Counted from the stretch's first letter, positions 40,595 through 54,045 are shown. The stretch: 64,000 bases of DNA from Eledone cirrhosa (GCA_964016885.1 OZ024748.1:26722001-26786000); one strand, 5' to 3'. Numbers and translations are program-made. The notes: a model not told the origin generated them from the letters alone.

Positions 40595-41696
40595 GTGAGT
40601 GCTTATAACATAGCTTTACCACAGCCACTCCCAGCTGACAAGTGCCTCACCCTAGCACCTTTTATAGGTGCATGTGTGTGTGTGTGTGTGTGTGTGAATT
40701 TCATTTTGTGACTTTTATGGGAAAATAATTCAAAACTTGAAACAAGCAAAAGGACTGGGTGGTGGTGGTGGTGGTGGTGGTGGTGGTGGTGATGGTGGTG
40801 GTGGTGGTGGTGGTGGTGGTGATGGTGGTGGTGGTGATGGTGGTGATGGTGATGGCAGCAGCAGCAGCAGTAGTAGGGGGTGATAGTAGTATTTATGTAT
40901 TTTATATTACAATTGGGGAAGAAAAATTTCTGCCTCATTGCATTTCTGATGACAACAGTAACAAAGGAGTTTCTGTAACTCAATGCAGAACAAATATCAT
41001 ATTGGACTTTATTTATTATTTTTTTTTGGGGGGGATTTAGACAGACGTGTGTGTGTGTATGTATATACATATATATATATATATGTGTGTGTGTGTAATG
41101 ATGATGATGATATATGAAAATATAGTTGCTACAATGCAAATAATTATAACAATAGTTAACAACTATAAATCAGAGTTGAATAGATCGGGTAAAGTATCCC
41201 TGGAGATGGGAAAAGTGGGCAGACACCTGTGGGGAACAGAACTACACATTTCTCATATTAGATCAATCCCAGTGCATTACCGGTACTTTATTTTATAGAC
41301 CCTGGAAGGATGAAAAGCAAAGTTGCTCTCAGTAGGACTTGAACTCAACGTAAAGTCCCAGAACAAATACCACAAAGCATTTTCTCCCCCACACTAGTTC
41401 TGCCAATCCACCATCCTAACAACAACAATAATGGTTTCTAATTTATCCACAAGGCCAACAAATTTTTTTTTGGGGGGGGGGGGGGGGGGGCAATTAAATC
41501 AACCCCAATGTGTTACTGGTACTTTGTTTTCTTGACCCTGAAAGGATGAAAATCAATGCTAACCTCAGCAGGATTTGAACTCAGAACATAAAGGGCCGTA
41601 ACTGTACACCACAAACTTATGTTGTCTGACGCTCTACTGATACTGCCAATCCACCACCCAAACAACAACAATAATAATAGTTATTTTTATTACTAC

Positions 41697-42830
41697 TTTT
41701 TATTTGCCACAGGACCAACAAAAAGGGGGCAATACAATAGACAGGAACAGTGGGTGAGATGCGCGCAGAGTGACAAAACCATTCTGTATGCACTGAGTCC
41801 TTGCTAAAAATTGCCCTGCTGCCTTCTTTTGGCCAGGAAGGGCAGGCAGTTTTCCTCTGTCTGGTGACTGTAGCAAAAGAGATGGTGGATCAGGTTGATA
41901 GGACTGAAGACCGACACTTTTCTCTTCAGCCGATTCCTCATAAACTTTTTCAAGTTTCACTTGGAAAGGAAGGTGAGAGTAGAGAGAGAAGTGCCCCCCC
42001 CCCCCCCCCCGGTACATTTGTTAAAGGATAGGTGAATGTTGTGAGCATGGACCATGTAAATGGGCCTATTCTGAGCATGTGCCTGTAGGCTGGCTGACTT
42101 TATAGAGGAGAAAGGTGTCCCCTTTGAGCAACAGGTGGTTTTGTGGGGTTCCTAGTTCACCCTGGGTAGAGCGTCATCAGGCTTGCCCACCACTAATCCT
42201 CTATAGAACTCAAGAGTGGAATTTCCACTGACCACATTGCCTGCCTAGTGCAAGGCAGTGAGTGCCTGGCAACATTTCAGATGCTAGGCGCCCAGTCTCA
42301 GTCTCTTTTTGAGCCAGGACTGCAGCTCAGTCAAAGGGACGGGCTGCAGAAAGACGAGCCACGACAGTCCCAGCCCTTCGTGTAGAGAGTGCTGGCAGCA
42401 GATGTTCCAATTTGGTGAGTTACGAACATTGGCAAGGCACAATGGTAAAGCGATAATAGATGATGTATGCATTCGCCACCTCCACCTGACCTTTCAGGAA
42501 TAGCTTCCTCTAGGCCCATTTCTGGGTGAGAGTGGCCATCCTGCTCATCACCTCATCCTAGTTCTTATCCAGCTGGAGGTCCAGTCCGAACCAGACCCCA
42601 ACCAACTCCACCTGTCCGTTCATCCAGCATCCAACAACACTGTTGAATGGCATGGATATGCCTCTCTAGGTGCTGAGTTGCAAACCCACTGACTTTTCCG
42701 GGTTCAGTTTTGCTGCCGTCAACCTTTTATATTCTTCTAAAGAAGGTGCCGACCACCTCGATTTCCAAGGTGGTCAGCACCATCACAGTGATGTTGTTCA
42801 CATAACAAGGGCCCAGGACCTTAGAGACAA
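41697..42830 (-). mobile_element. Tx1/L1-type LINE remnant with an internal inversion
   Basis: Minus 42830-42185: YVNNITV..AKLNPEKS..GVWFG..KWA*RKLFLKGQVEVAN (RT end). Plus 41750-42090: VRCAQSDKTILYALSPC (decayed CCHC) and WIRLIGLKTDTFL..NFFKFHLERKVRVERE (C-terminus). Minus-strand 3' end with AATAAA at 41699-41704. Confidence 0.75.
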
Positions 42831-42977
42831 TACAAGGACAAAAGAAACACAACACAAAGTGGGGTTTCCATCAAATAAAGTAAAGGAGACATCACTGAAG
42901 TGAAAACAGTTGGAATAACAATAATTAAATTGTAATAAGCAGCAATATTATATCTTGTTTCATGTTTATTTTGACAG

Positions 42978-43098
42978 GTGCTATGTATTACGTGTATGTA
43001 TTTCACCAAAATGTCTGATGAAAACAGGAGTACAACTCATATAAAGACTGAAGCCGAGAGTACTGAAGGCGTGGAACCTCTTGCATCAAGCCAAAATG
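42978..43098 (+). CDS. Candidate N-terminal coding exon of an unidentified host gene
   Basis: tttattttgacag| acceptor at 42977 and ATG|GTAAGT donor at 43098/43099. Open frame VLCITCMYFTK-MSDENRSTTHIKTEAESTEGVEPLASSQN(G). ATG 43011 in caaaATG context. Non-repetitive sequence lying between two TEs. Confidence 0.6.
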
Positions 43099-43195
43099 GT
43101 AAGTGAATGTTTTTATTCAATTTAATTTTTAATCCAGGATTTATCATAATCATCAAAAAACAAAGATAATGATGGTGGTGGTGGTGATGATGATG

Positions 43196-44097
43196 GTGAA
43201 TGGGAGCAAAAACCACTGCATGGGCAGTATGTTCTCCGTAGCAATGAACCTGAAGCTCTTACCCACCAGTGGCTGTGAAGTTCTGGGCTAAAGGCAGAGT
43301 AAAAGTTTCATTTTGGTTGTACAAGACCAGTGTTTCGTAACGCGCAACTTTCAAGCCAATGTGATCAGAAATGGAACTGACCAAAAGTGTTGATTCTGTG
43401 ATGAGCATGTTGAGACCATAGACCACCTGGTTTCAGTCTGCAAGATATTAGCTGCCCAGGAATATAAAACGAGGCATTTAGAGTGGGGCAATATTTACAC
43501 TGGGTAATGTGCAGTTCTGAAAACAAAGGGAAAATGGTACAACCATCACCCAGATGCAGTAACAGGTGAGGACGCGAGAATCCTTTGGGATTTCGCTGTG
43601 AATACAGACAGAACAATCAAGGTCAACAGACCTGATATAATTTTGAAGGACCATAAAGACAAAACATGTTTCTTAATTGACATAAGTATTCCTTCAGATT
43701 GTAACATCTCTTCGAAAGAGTTCAGAAAGCTCAGTAAATATAAAGATCTATCAATTGAAATTGATAAAATGTGACATCTTAAGTCCTGTACAATACCAGT
43801 TATAGTCAGCGCACTTGGAATAATAACAAAGGGAACTGAAAAATATTTGGACTGGATACCTGGAAAGCCATCTCTACAAGAGATACAGAAAATAGTGCTG
43901 ACTGATGGTGTCCATGTTCTGATAAGGAAATTATCAACTTAAAAACCTTGCAATGACATTTACTGGTGTTTTCACCCTTGTGGCACCATTTGTATGACAA
44001 TTGATTGTAAAATGTGTGTATTATCAAATTTTGCCTCAGGTGCCAGGTTGACACTTGCCATGATTTTGGAAAGAAGCAGAACTCAAAGGAAGCTTCA

Positions 44098-44143
<46 letters not shown>
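43196..44143 (+). mobile_element. R4/Dong-clade non-LTR 3' portion (CCHC + restriction-like endonuclease) ending in (AAT)n
   Basis: W.QKPLHGQY, C*FCDEHVETIDHLVSVC, ILWDFAVNTDRTIKVNRPDIILKD..FLIDISIP, KLSKYKDL, IPVIVSALG. Stop at ~43941; (AAT)n at 44098-44143. Confidence 0.88.
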
Positions 44144-44787
44144 TTCATATGTATGCATAAATATTTGTTTCTTTTAATTACCACAAAATTTGCTAAGAAA
44201 ACACAAACATCTTCAATTTGTTAGGCTTCCCCAGATAACACATTCACATATTCATCATCACCATTTTACCACTGTTTTCCATTCTGTCATTGGTTTAAAT
44301 CAGATAACTAAAATATATGAAAAAGCTATTCACTCAACTCCTCCCTTCCCCTCACACTTAGCAATCTGTCCATTGAGAATGGTAATTAAATATATTTACT
44401 CTATGTACTATTATGTAAATTGTACTTTTTCCCAAGAAAATATACAGACTGAAAAACCAGTATGCAACTTATCTACTGGACATATAAAACCTCAGTTCAA
44501 AATATGGCACTTTGTAAATGTTTGAAGAACCATCATGCAACTTGTCTACTGGACTTACAAAACCTTGGTTGAAAATAAATGGTGTGTATCTAGCTTAGAT
44601 TAGATACAGCTAAAAGGGTTGGTGTCAGTCATGTCCAACCCATGCCAGTATGGAAAAGTGAATTTAAAAGCTCTGATGATGTTTCATTGTAAATGTATGA
44701 AGAACCAGTATGGATCTACAACACATCCTATTTAAAATAAAATCTTCCAGCATAATTTTATATAAGAATCATAAGTTAAATTACTTG

Positions 44788-45015
44788 GCTGCTCTCTGAT
44801 AGGTTTGTGGATAAGCCTGTGGCAGTGGAGACTCCTGGTGTTCTTGGCCACCAGACCACATCCCTACTCACTGCTATTGGGGCAGAGTTGGTTACCTGTA
44901 CATGCGAGCCAAATGAGGTGGAGTGGCTGTTTCAGCATGTTTCCTTCACCATCCTCTGAGGCAATGTCTTCTCTATCCTGTCCGCCAGGACCATGAAGTG
45001 GATTGACTCTCGAAC
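44788..45015 (+). mobile_element. CRE-clade non-LTR 3' fragment
   Basis: LSDRFVDKPVAVETPGVLGHQTTSLLTAIGAEL..EPNEVEWLFQHVSFTIL*GNVFSIL fits the CRE endonuclease C-terminus pattern. Confidence 0.78.
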
Positions 45016-45531
45016 AGTGTGTGGTAAATACAGATCACACACACACTCACACACTATAAATAGGCTATAATGTAATTTTAGAATGGTGGAAAAATAATTT
45101 CTTTGCTTTTCCTAGTTACTTACTTACTAAGTAATGAAATAATAATTTTAGTAAATCCCTCAAAATGTTTTCTTGGTTGAAATAGAGTATATTTGAGTAG
45201 AAGTATAATGAAAGAGGGAACCCTAGAGCCATATCTGCACCTTGTGGAATCCTTTTGGCTGAGGTATGCTGGAAATATGAAGTGTGTCTCAACTCTGAAA
45301 ATGAAGAAATTCTTTCTTCCTCTCATGAGTCCTCAAAAAACAAGAGATTTCATTGTTTTAACAACTCTATGGTATTTAGTTCTACTTTCTCACTCTCAAC
45401 CACTAAGAATAGTTAACCATAACAATACGCCATGTTTGTTTGTGTGTGTGTGTATAATGTCTGTAACTCTTTAAAATTTACATACACAATGCATAATAGT
45501 AGTAGTAGTAGCAGCAGCAGCAACATCGATG

Positions 45532-45574
<43 letters not shown>

Positions 45575-46096
45575 ATATAAACTTCAGTGAATCCTGTTAA
45601 TTTTAAATTGAAAGGTTTTCATTGTTATAATTATGGGAAGTTAGGAAGAGGGAAAGAGATAGAGAGTGTATGGATGAGAAAGAGAATGTAAGAAAGCGAG
45701 AGACAAGAGATGAGGCAGAGTGAGGGAGAACAAGAGTGTGTGTGTGAGTAAGAGAGAGAATAAAAGATACAGAGATAGAGTGTGAGAGAAAGACAGAGTG
45801 TAAGAAATAGAGAGAGAGTGTGTGTGTAAGCAAGAAAGAGAATAGAAGAGAGAAAAAGGGTGAGAGAGAGTGTGTGTTGGGGTGGGGTGACAATGCAAGT
45901 GAGCAAGTAAATAGAGTTGAGGGTGTGGGTTGGGGAGTGGTGGTAGTAGGGGCTGGGACAGTGACCATTTTGCCAGCTATTTTCAGCCTATTTTAAATCC
46001 CACTTTAAGGTATTCACATCTAAATTAAGAAATTCTCTCACATGAGATCAGAAATAAAAGAGTGTCTAGAAGGTAATATAGTAATAAAGAGGAAGA

Positions 46097-46166
46097 AAGG
46101 TAGAGGGGAGGGAGATAAAAGAGATAATATATATATAATCTCTTTTATCTCCCTCCCCCCTACCTT
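46097..46166. repeat. 70 bp hairpin centred on a TA run
   Basis: aaggtagaggggagggagataaaagagat / atctcttttatctccctcccccctacctt. Confidence 0.9.
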
Positions 46167-46326
46167 AGAGTATATATATATATATATATATATATCTTGG
46201 TGTGGACTTTAAAATAGTATATAGTGGACTATAAAATGTATATATATATATATATATATTGGTGTGGACTATAAAATCACATTTGAGCTTTGAATTATTC
46301 TTTGCCTTATATGGTTTTGTTATAAA

Positions 46327-46388
<62 letters not shown>

Positions 46389-46487
46389 ACACATACATAT
46401 ATATGGCTGTTTTTTCTCAAAAATGTATTTGTTTCTTCCTCTTATAACTCTCCTATCTTTTCTATTTCATTTTATTTCTCATTCTAC

Positions 46488-46522
46488 TTTCTGATGAAGG
46501 ACTAGTGTCCAAAAGGTTAAAA
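46488..46522 (+). ncRNA. Decayed minimal hammerhead ribozyme motif (Penelope-type)
   Basis: ttt CTGATGA a GGAC-tagt-GTCC AAAA ggtta aaa: intact 5' core and stem II, but GAAA is mutated to AAAA, so it is likely inactive. Confidence 0.55.
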
Positions 46523-46597
46523 CTCTTTTCCTAGAAAACCAAGCGTTAAACTAATATATGTATTTCTTCATTGTACTGTATTTTTTATTTGTTACAA

Positions 46598-47090
46598 TGC
46601 ATCAGTCCTCTCCGTTCTCCTCTATGGAGCAGAAACGTGTCCCCTGACAAAGAAGATCAACAGCTTCAATAGCAGAGCCCTGAGGACCATCAAAAACATC
46701 AGGTGGGACCACCACCACGTTTCCAACAAAGTGTTGCGTGCATGCACAGATCAGCCTACAGCTTCCTACCGCACAGCTATCACCACTTGCGCTGGTACAG
46801 ACATGTCCTCCACTTGCCACCAGATCATCCTACTAGGGCCTTACTCTCATTCAATGCAGCAGCTGTAGCCTGGAAGAGACCCTATGGCAGACCCCCGCAC
46901 CAGGCAGTTGGATATCATCAGGGAAAATTTCCGGAGGCTGCTCAACATCACTTTAGAGGATGCAGAGCAGATGACACAGGACCACCAGCAATGGAAGGTG
47001 CTGGTCAACCTTGTCACCTCCATGTATGATGATGCTTTGGGATCCCTGGATTAGGATGACTCCAGGCTCGTCGAGCAAGAGCAATAAGAA
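46598..47090 (+). mobile_element. RTE-like LINE 3' fragment (further family)
   Basis: SVLSVLLYGAETCPLTKK..LRWYRHVLHLPPDHPTRALL..WKRPYGRP. Confidence 0.8.
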
Positions 47091-47456
47091 AAAGAGAAAT
47101 ATGTGGCTGAATAACGAGAGAAAAGTGTACTCAATACCAAAGTAGAGTTTAAATATTCATTTATTATGGCGAAGTAATGAGTCTTGTTACTCAGGGGATT
47201 TCACCTGAATGTGTGTGTGTCTGCATATATAAATACACACATGTTCCATCCCTATTGTACGGTCTGTTGGTCAGATTAAGACAGTGGAGTCAGTCATTAG
47301 GTTTCAACAATGACTCCATTTAACTTCTGTTGCCTTGGTTACATAGGTGGAGGCTGGTGGTGGGGGGTGGGGGGGGGGGGGGTATAGGGGTAGGGTCAAT
47401 GAGAAGTTCTATTATGTAAAGTCAGCGACCATGTGGCTCTGTGTATTCATCTACAG

Positions 47457-47489
<33 letters not shown>

Positions 47490-49931
47490 CACACACACGC
47501 ACATATATAACCCATGCTAGCATGGAAAATGGACATTAAATGGTGATGATGATGATGGTGATATACATATACATATACACACAGTATGCATATGTGCATA
47601 CAAACACACACACACATATATACATGTATAGACATAAACAAATAGATATATACACACACATACATGCACAGTAAACACGCACACCACACACATATATATA
47701 TAACTTCCTTAAGTCTAAATAGGTTTTATGATAGGGATTTATTGCTTTATATACATCTTCATATACACCTTTAACACCACTAACAATGGACCTCTCAACA
47801 AACTTTGACCAAATACTGACACTACAACCGGCCCTAACCATCACAGTTTAACGCTTTTGTTACCATAATTTTAATGAAAGACACTATTTCAAGAAAGAAT
47901 CTCTGGACTGATTTTACTGGCAAAAACCAACCGGCAGGAAACCCAAAGGTAGACCCCCAGTCAAGATGGTTGGATAACATCCATGAGCTCGGCTGGTCCA
48001 GCTTGATCAATTGGAGACAGTTGCTTCTGACAGGACCAGCTAGGAGTGTTTGAGGACTCTGCCCCCATGGCCCTCCCAGGAATAAGTGAGCAAAGAAGAC
48101 AACACTCTTGATTTTCAAATAATTTTGAAAAATTGAACGAATTTCAATTGGATTACATAATATTTGCGATAAAAAATTAAAAAAAATGTAAGGGAAAGAG
48201 GCAGGGAGCAACAGACCTTTCAGCCAAGTCTAGGTAGTATATTTCAGCAGTGCCATGGGGACAAAATGGTATTATTGTGGAGAAAAAAAGCCAAAGACAA
48301 CCCACTGCATCAGCTACTCCACTTCACAGGGTTCTTTCATCAGGTTAGGATACACACCTTCCAATTTTGCAAAGTAAAATGTTAGTTCTGGGACCGAAGA
48401 CACAAGCAGTCTCCACAAAGCCCAGCGTGGAAAAGAAGCATTCGGTCAAGTTCTAGTATTTGAAAATATTTAAGAATTTAGAGAAATTTAGTAATATAAT
48501 AAGGCAGTGAATTGGCAGAGTTGTTAGGGAGCCCAATTTAAAGTGTATCTGTATTTGTTCTGGCTCACTGTGTTCTGAGTTCAAATCCCACTGAAGTCAA
48601 CTTTGCCTTTCATCTTTTCAAGTACCCAATTAATACTGGGGATTAATTCTTCTACTTCTCTCTATTTGTCAGCTGCACTTATTTTTTCATCCTGTAGATT
48701 GTATAATCGATTACTAATATAGGCACAAGACCACAAATGTTTAGGGAGGGAAAGAACAGCAAATCATGTCAACCCAAGCATTTGACTGGTACTTAATTTA
48801 TATCGAACTTTTAAGCATGAAGTATGAAAAGTATCATAGACCTTGTTAGAAATAGAACGCAAAACATACAAAGACACAACATCGTATTGCAAATTATTTT
48901 TCATATGTAAGCTAATGACTACTTGAAAAAAATTCAATAAGTATATAAAATATATATACAGTTTAATCACTGTGAGGTGGAAATGTTAATGCAGCAGGTA
49001 TCGTTGGCTGATCTCCACTGGACAGCTACTTTATTTAGTGAAGTGGAATGGTACTTTATTTATTGATCTCAAAAGAGTGAAAAGCAAAGTAGACCTCGGC
49101 TGGATTTGAACTGAGATCTCAGTGAACTAGAACAAATACATTGTGAGAGAGAGAGAAGAAAAAAAGAAAAATGAGCCCTCAACAAGGCATTTTTAATTAG
49201 ACACTCTAAGGACTCCGCTAGTTTGCAGTATTGTGTGTGTAAAAAAAAAAAGAAAAAAAGTAGGGTCCCACCTTGTCCTCCCATCAAACTATTTACAGTG
49301 AGAACTGAGCAAATAGAGAAAGATTTTATGCTGTTTACCCTCTCACCTGTAGCACTTCATATAGGGTCTTACCCCTCTCCCAAACACACAACCCACATTG
49401 TCACTGCTGCCCTTACACTCCAACATCTTTTGTTGTGACCCCTACCTATACCATATTGGTACTGTGTGTGAGGGGAAGGCAAGAGCTTTTCACAGCCACT
49501 CTCCCTTCCTCTTTTTCTCTCTCATATATAGAAATAGTGGATCAGATAGATGTTCTCTAATCCACTTACACCTGACATGTTGATAACAGTGAAGTGGGGG
49601 AGAGTTGGAGAAGGATTATCTTTTCTGTGTGAGGTGTGGGAAGGTGGTGGGAATGTGGGGGGGGGGGGTAGCTGGTTCTCAATAGGCAGAGCTGTGTGTA
49701 TCTATGTAGTGTGTGGATGTGTCTAAGAGGGGGGGGTTGTGTTTGTTTGTGACAACTGTTTGTCTGCGTTTGTACATGTGCATGTATGCATGCACGTGTG
49801 CATATGCATGTGTGTGCATGCATTCATGTGTGTGTATGTGTGTGCATGAGAGAAAGAAAGACTGTTTGTAACACTCTAATACATGTGCTTGTGTAGCACT
49901 GTGTACTGTGTGGCTGTGTATGTAGGTGTGG

Positions 49932-49975
<44 letters not shown>

Positions 49976-50317
49976 CAAGTGGTGTTGGTGGGCACTGTGT
50001 ACTGTGTGGCTGTATGTAGGTGTGGTTGTGTGTGTGAAAGACAAGTGGTGTTGGTGGGCACTGTGTACTGTGTGGCTGTGTATGTAGGTGTGTGTGTGTG
50101 TGTGTGAAAGACAAGTGGTGTTGGTGGTGTGGAGGTTGTGTTTACCTAGGAATGTTAACCACTTCAATATATTGCCAATATCAAGCAAGGGTTAAGTCTA
50201 TTCTGGGTGGGGTAAGATTTATTTGTTATTGCCCCCCCCCCCCACCTCTTTCACACCTTTTGTTTGTTTTTTTGCTCATTTTGTGGCATTCAATCACTTA
50301 TTGAATATAAAATTCAA

Positions 50318-50506
50318 GTGTGTGTGTTTGTGTGGATATGGCTCTGTGTGTGTGTGTGTGTTTGTGTGGATATGACTGTGTGTGTGTGTGTGTGTGTGTT
50401 TGTGTGGATATGACTGTGTGTGTGTGTGGATATAACTGTGTATGTGTATGTGTGTGTGTGTTTGTGTGGATATGGCTCTGTGTGTGTGTGTGTTTGTGTG
50501 GATATG

Positions 50507-50546
<40 letters not shown>

Positions 50547-50750
50547 TGTGGATATGACTGTGTGTGTGTGTGGATATAACTGTGTATGTGTATGTGTGTG
50601 TGTGTGTGTTTGTGTGGATATGACTGTGTGTGTGTGTTTGTGTGGATATAACTGTGTGTGTGTTTGTGTGGATATGACTGTGTGTGTGTGTGTTTATGTG
50701 GATGTAACTGTGTGTGTGTGTGTTTGTGTGGATATGACTGTATATGTGTG
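50318..50750. repeat. (TG)n-based minisatellite (tgtttgtgtggatatgactgtg)
   Basis: Direct reading. Confidence 0.92.
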
Positions 50751-51547
50751 TGTGAATGTATTTATATCTGTGTGGGCATCTATGTGTGTGTGCTTGTGTG
50801 AATATGAGAATGTTTGTGTGTATGAATTGGTTTTATATCTATGTGTGGGTCTGTGAGAATGTATGTGTCTATGTTAAATATATGTGTGAGTGTATCTGTC
50901 TGTCAAATATGTGAGGGTGTGTGTATATGTATGTGTGTAAGTATATATGAGTATATATCTAAATCTATGTCAAAAGTGTTTGTGTGTGTAACAGTCTCAC
51001 AATCATAATGTGGTAATTTCAATTCCCCAGTAATGTGTTTTGTCCTTGAGCAAGACTCTTTATTTCAACTTGCTGCAGTCCATTGAGCCTGAAAATGAAT
51101 TGTACCCGTAATTCTAATGGCCAGCTTTGTCACATAATGTGTCTTGTTAAATCTCACTGAAAACTGTTTGGGTTGTATGTGTCCATGGAATGCTCAGCCA
51201 CTTGCAACAACAGTCTTATATAAGATTTAGAAGCCTCAGAAGAATCTTACTACTACCACCAGCCAAAACTGGCTGCTGGTAGTAGTAATTATTCTAAAGA
51301 TTGTTTTTCATTAAAAATACTGCCATGAAAGGGGTAATTGAGAAAAATTAGTTTGAGAGACAGGAAGTGTTCATGTTTTCGCTAGAATCTGTACTTTACA
51401 AGTGAGAGGCATTAACTGTCTCAATCAATTTATTGTAGTTCAGCAGTGAATAAAACTCCAGGTGGGAAACACTGCTGGAATTTTACTGTAAGTTGAATTG
51501 GTTGATTACAGCTGAGACATATATACACAGACACACGTGTGGCTATA

Positions 51548-51587
<40 letters not shown>

Positions 51588-51936
51588 TATATATTAGTAA
51601 TAATAATAAATGTGAAGACTAAAATCTAAAGAGGGCTCGATAAGGATAAATATATATCAAATATATAAGAACCCTATATATATGTACATTTACATTTCAT
51701 ATATATATATGTATATACCCAACCGTCTAACCCATGCTAGTGTGGAAGACGGACGTTAAATGATGATGATATATACTATGTAACTCACTTTCTTTCTTTT
51801 AAGCATGAAACTAATATGGCTTTATGTATGTTAATGCATCCTCTTGTTTGTTCCTTTCTTGTTTCCTTGATATACACACATACATATATATATATATATA
51901 TACATACATACACACTTGCGCATTTATATTTATATA

Positions 51937-51968
<32 letters not shown>

Positions 51969-52058
51969 CATATACATACACACATGCGCATTTATATTTA
52001 TATATCTATATATATATACATATATATATATACATATACATACACACATGCGCATTTA

Positions 52059-52138
<80 letters not shown>

Positions 52139-52859
52139 CATATACATATATATATATACACATATACATATATATATATATACATATATATATATACACA
52201 CATACATATATATATATATACATATACACACACACATATATATATACATACACACACACATGCACATTTATATATATATATATACATATACATACACACA
52301 TTTATATATATATATATATACATATACACACAGATGCACATTTATATATATATATACATATACATACACACATTTATATATATATATATACATATACACA
52401 TTATATATATATATATATACATGTACATTTGTGTGTGTGTGTGTGTGTGTGTAAATATATATATATATATATATATATAATACATTTACACATGTTCATA
52501 TGTACAATCCTATACACATACATACCTTACATAACCCACATTTCCCAGCACTTTTAAATCTGTGAAGGAAGTAACAACAATAATAATAATAATAATAAAT
52601 ATATAAGGTATTCAGCAACAGTAAGAACAACAATGTCTACCTAAAGATGACTTTATTGCGGTGAGATGGGGAGGGAAGAGCCCCAGGTTTCAGATAAGGG
52701 GAATAACATTACTAAATAATTACTGCAGGGTTTTAGTATATTACAGCAAATATAGTAGGTTATCTGGGTAGGGAATAGGGTAAGGTAAGGTGGTTGAATA
52801 AGGTGTACAGAGGGTGGCAGATTGGGTTTGAGTTTAGTGCACATTCCTTGCTGCATAGT

Positions 52860-53192
52860 TGAACACCAACAACAACACCACCAACAACAACAACACTACC
52901 ACTCCACTATCACCAACACACATCATTACCATCACCACTCCCACACCAACATCACCATCATCAACATCAACATCACCACCACCACCAACAACATCATCAC
53001 CACACTCCCACACCACCAACATCACTACCACCACCACCACCACAACAACAACATCATCATCACCACCATCAGCACCACCACCACCACCACATCACCGCCA
53101 CATCACCACCACAACATCACCACCACCACCACATCCCCAACACCACCACACCACCACCACATCACCAACAACACCACCACATCACCACCACC
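52860..53192. repeat. (CAC/CAA/CAT)n low-complexity tract
   Basis: Direct reading. Similar tracts at 23390-23760, 40758-40880 and 55517-55675. Confidence 0.92.
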
Positions 53193-53836
53193 TATAAGAA
53201 AGGACATTGTTCTAGACTCTACCTATTTCACTCCCCCACCCAATGGCAGGTTGACATGGATGTTACCCCATCTCTTAAGTATCTCATATATAGACCATAC
53301 CACATGAACCTTCACTGAAGAGATACTGAGGGAAATATAGGCACTAAAAATTAGGTATCATGTACATAGACCACACCCAATCTAGGACCTTTTCACACCT
53401 GTTGGAGGAACTCTTCCTTGGTTAACCTCCACCACTTTCTGTCTGGTTTTGGTCATGTCAGATATGTAGCCATACTCACCACACTTGACCAATTGCAGGC
53501 CGGTGAAACCGTTTAACCTATAGTTACTCAACAGATGAGTAAGACTGATGTACAGCATGTCACAACAGTGCCCTCACATTTCCATCTGGAGTTAAGGGCC
53601 TTCTATAGGATATGAAGTATTGTATTTGACGGCTTATAAGGTGCACCTCATTTTGGGCAGGCATTTAAAAAATGGGTTTAAACTACAAATTTCAAGTCAA
53701 GGATATAAAGTTTGTAAATCATTTTTTTTTTATTATCATTCTACATCATAATTCTAGTTGAAATATTCTAGTACATTTTAAAACAAAAGAAACTGAAAAT
53801 AAATTAATTTTATTCACCACCTTGTTTGCAGTTTAA

Positions 53837-54045
53837 CCTTTTAACATTTACATTATTCTATATTTACTATTGTATTTTCACAGCAAAGGCTTTATCTTAC
53901 ATAATCATCTCACATAATATCAAATATATGATATTTTTGATGTTATTTATTTTGAGAACAATACCTTAACATCAGTATGAGTGGCCAGTTTGAACAGAAA
54001 GAGGTGAGAGAGCTGGATACGGCAGTCGGTTTAAATGCTAAAGGG
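53837..54045. mobile_element. TTAA-flanked piggyBac-like MITE (second family)
   Basis: TTAA|CCTTTTAACATTTA ... TAAATGCTAAAGGG|TTAA. A related end lies at 35106-35230. Confidence 0.7.

Noticed and set aside
39387-41139. 392 aa Ser/Leu/His ORF and poly-His ORF
   Set aside because: Products of the GA-rich minisatellite and a (GGT)n tract.
43015-43025. CTGATGA heptamer inside the candidate exon
   Set aside because: No stem II or properly placed GAAA/stem III follows; chance match.
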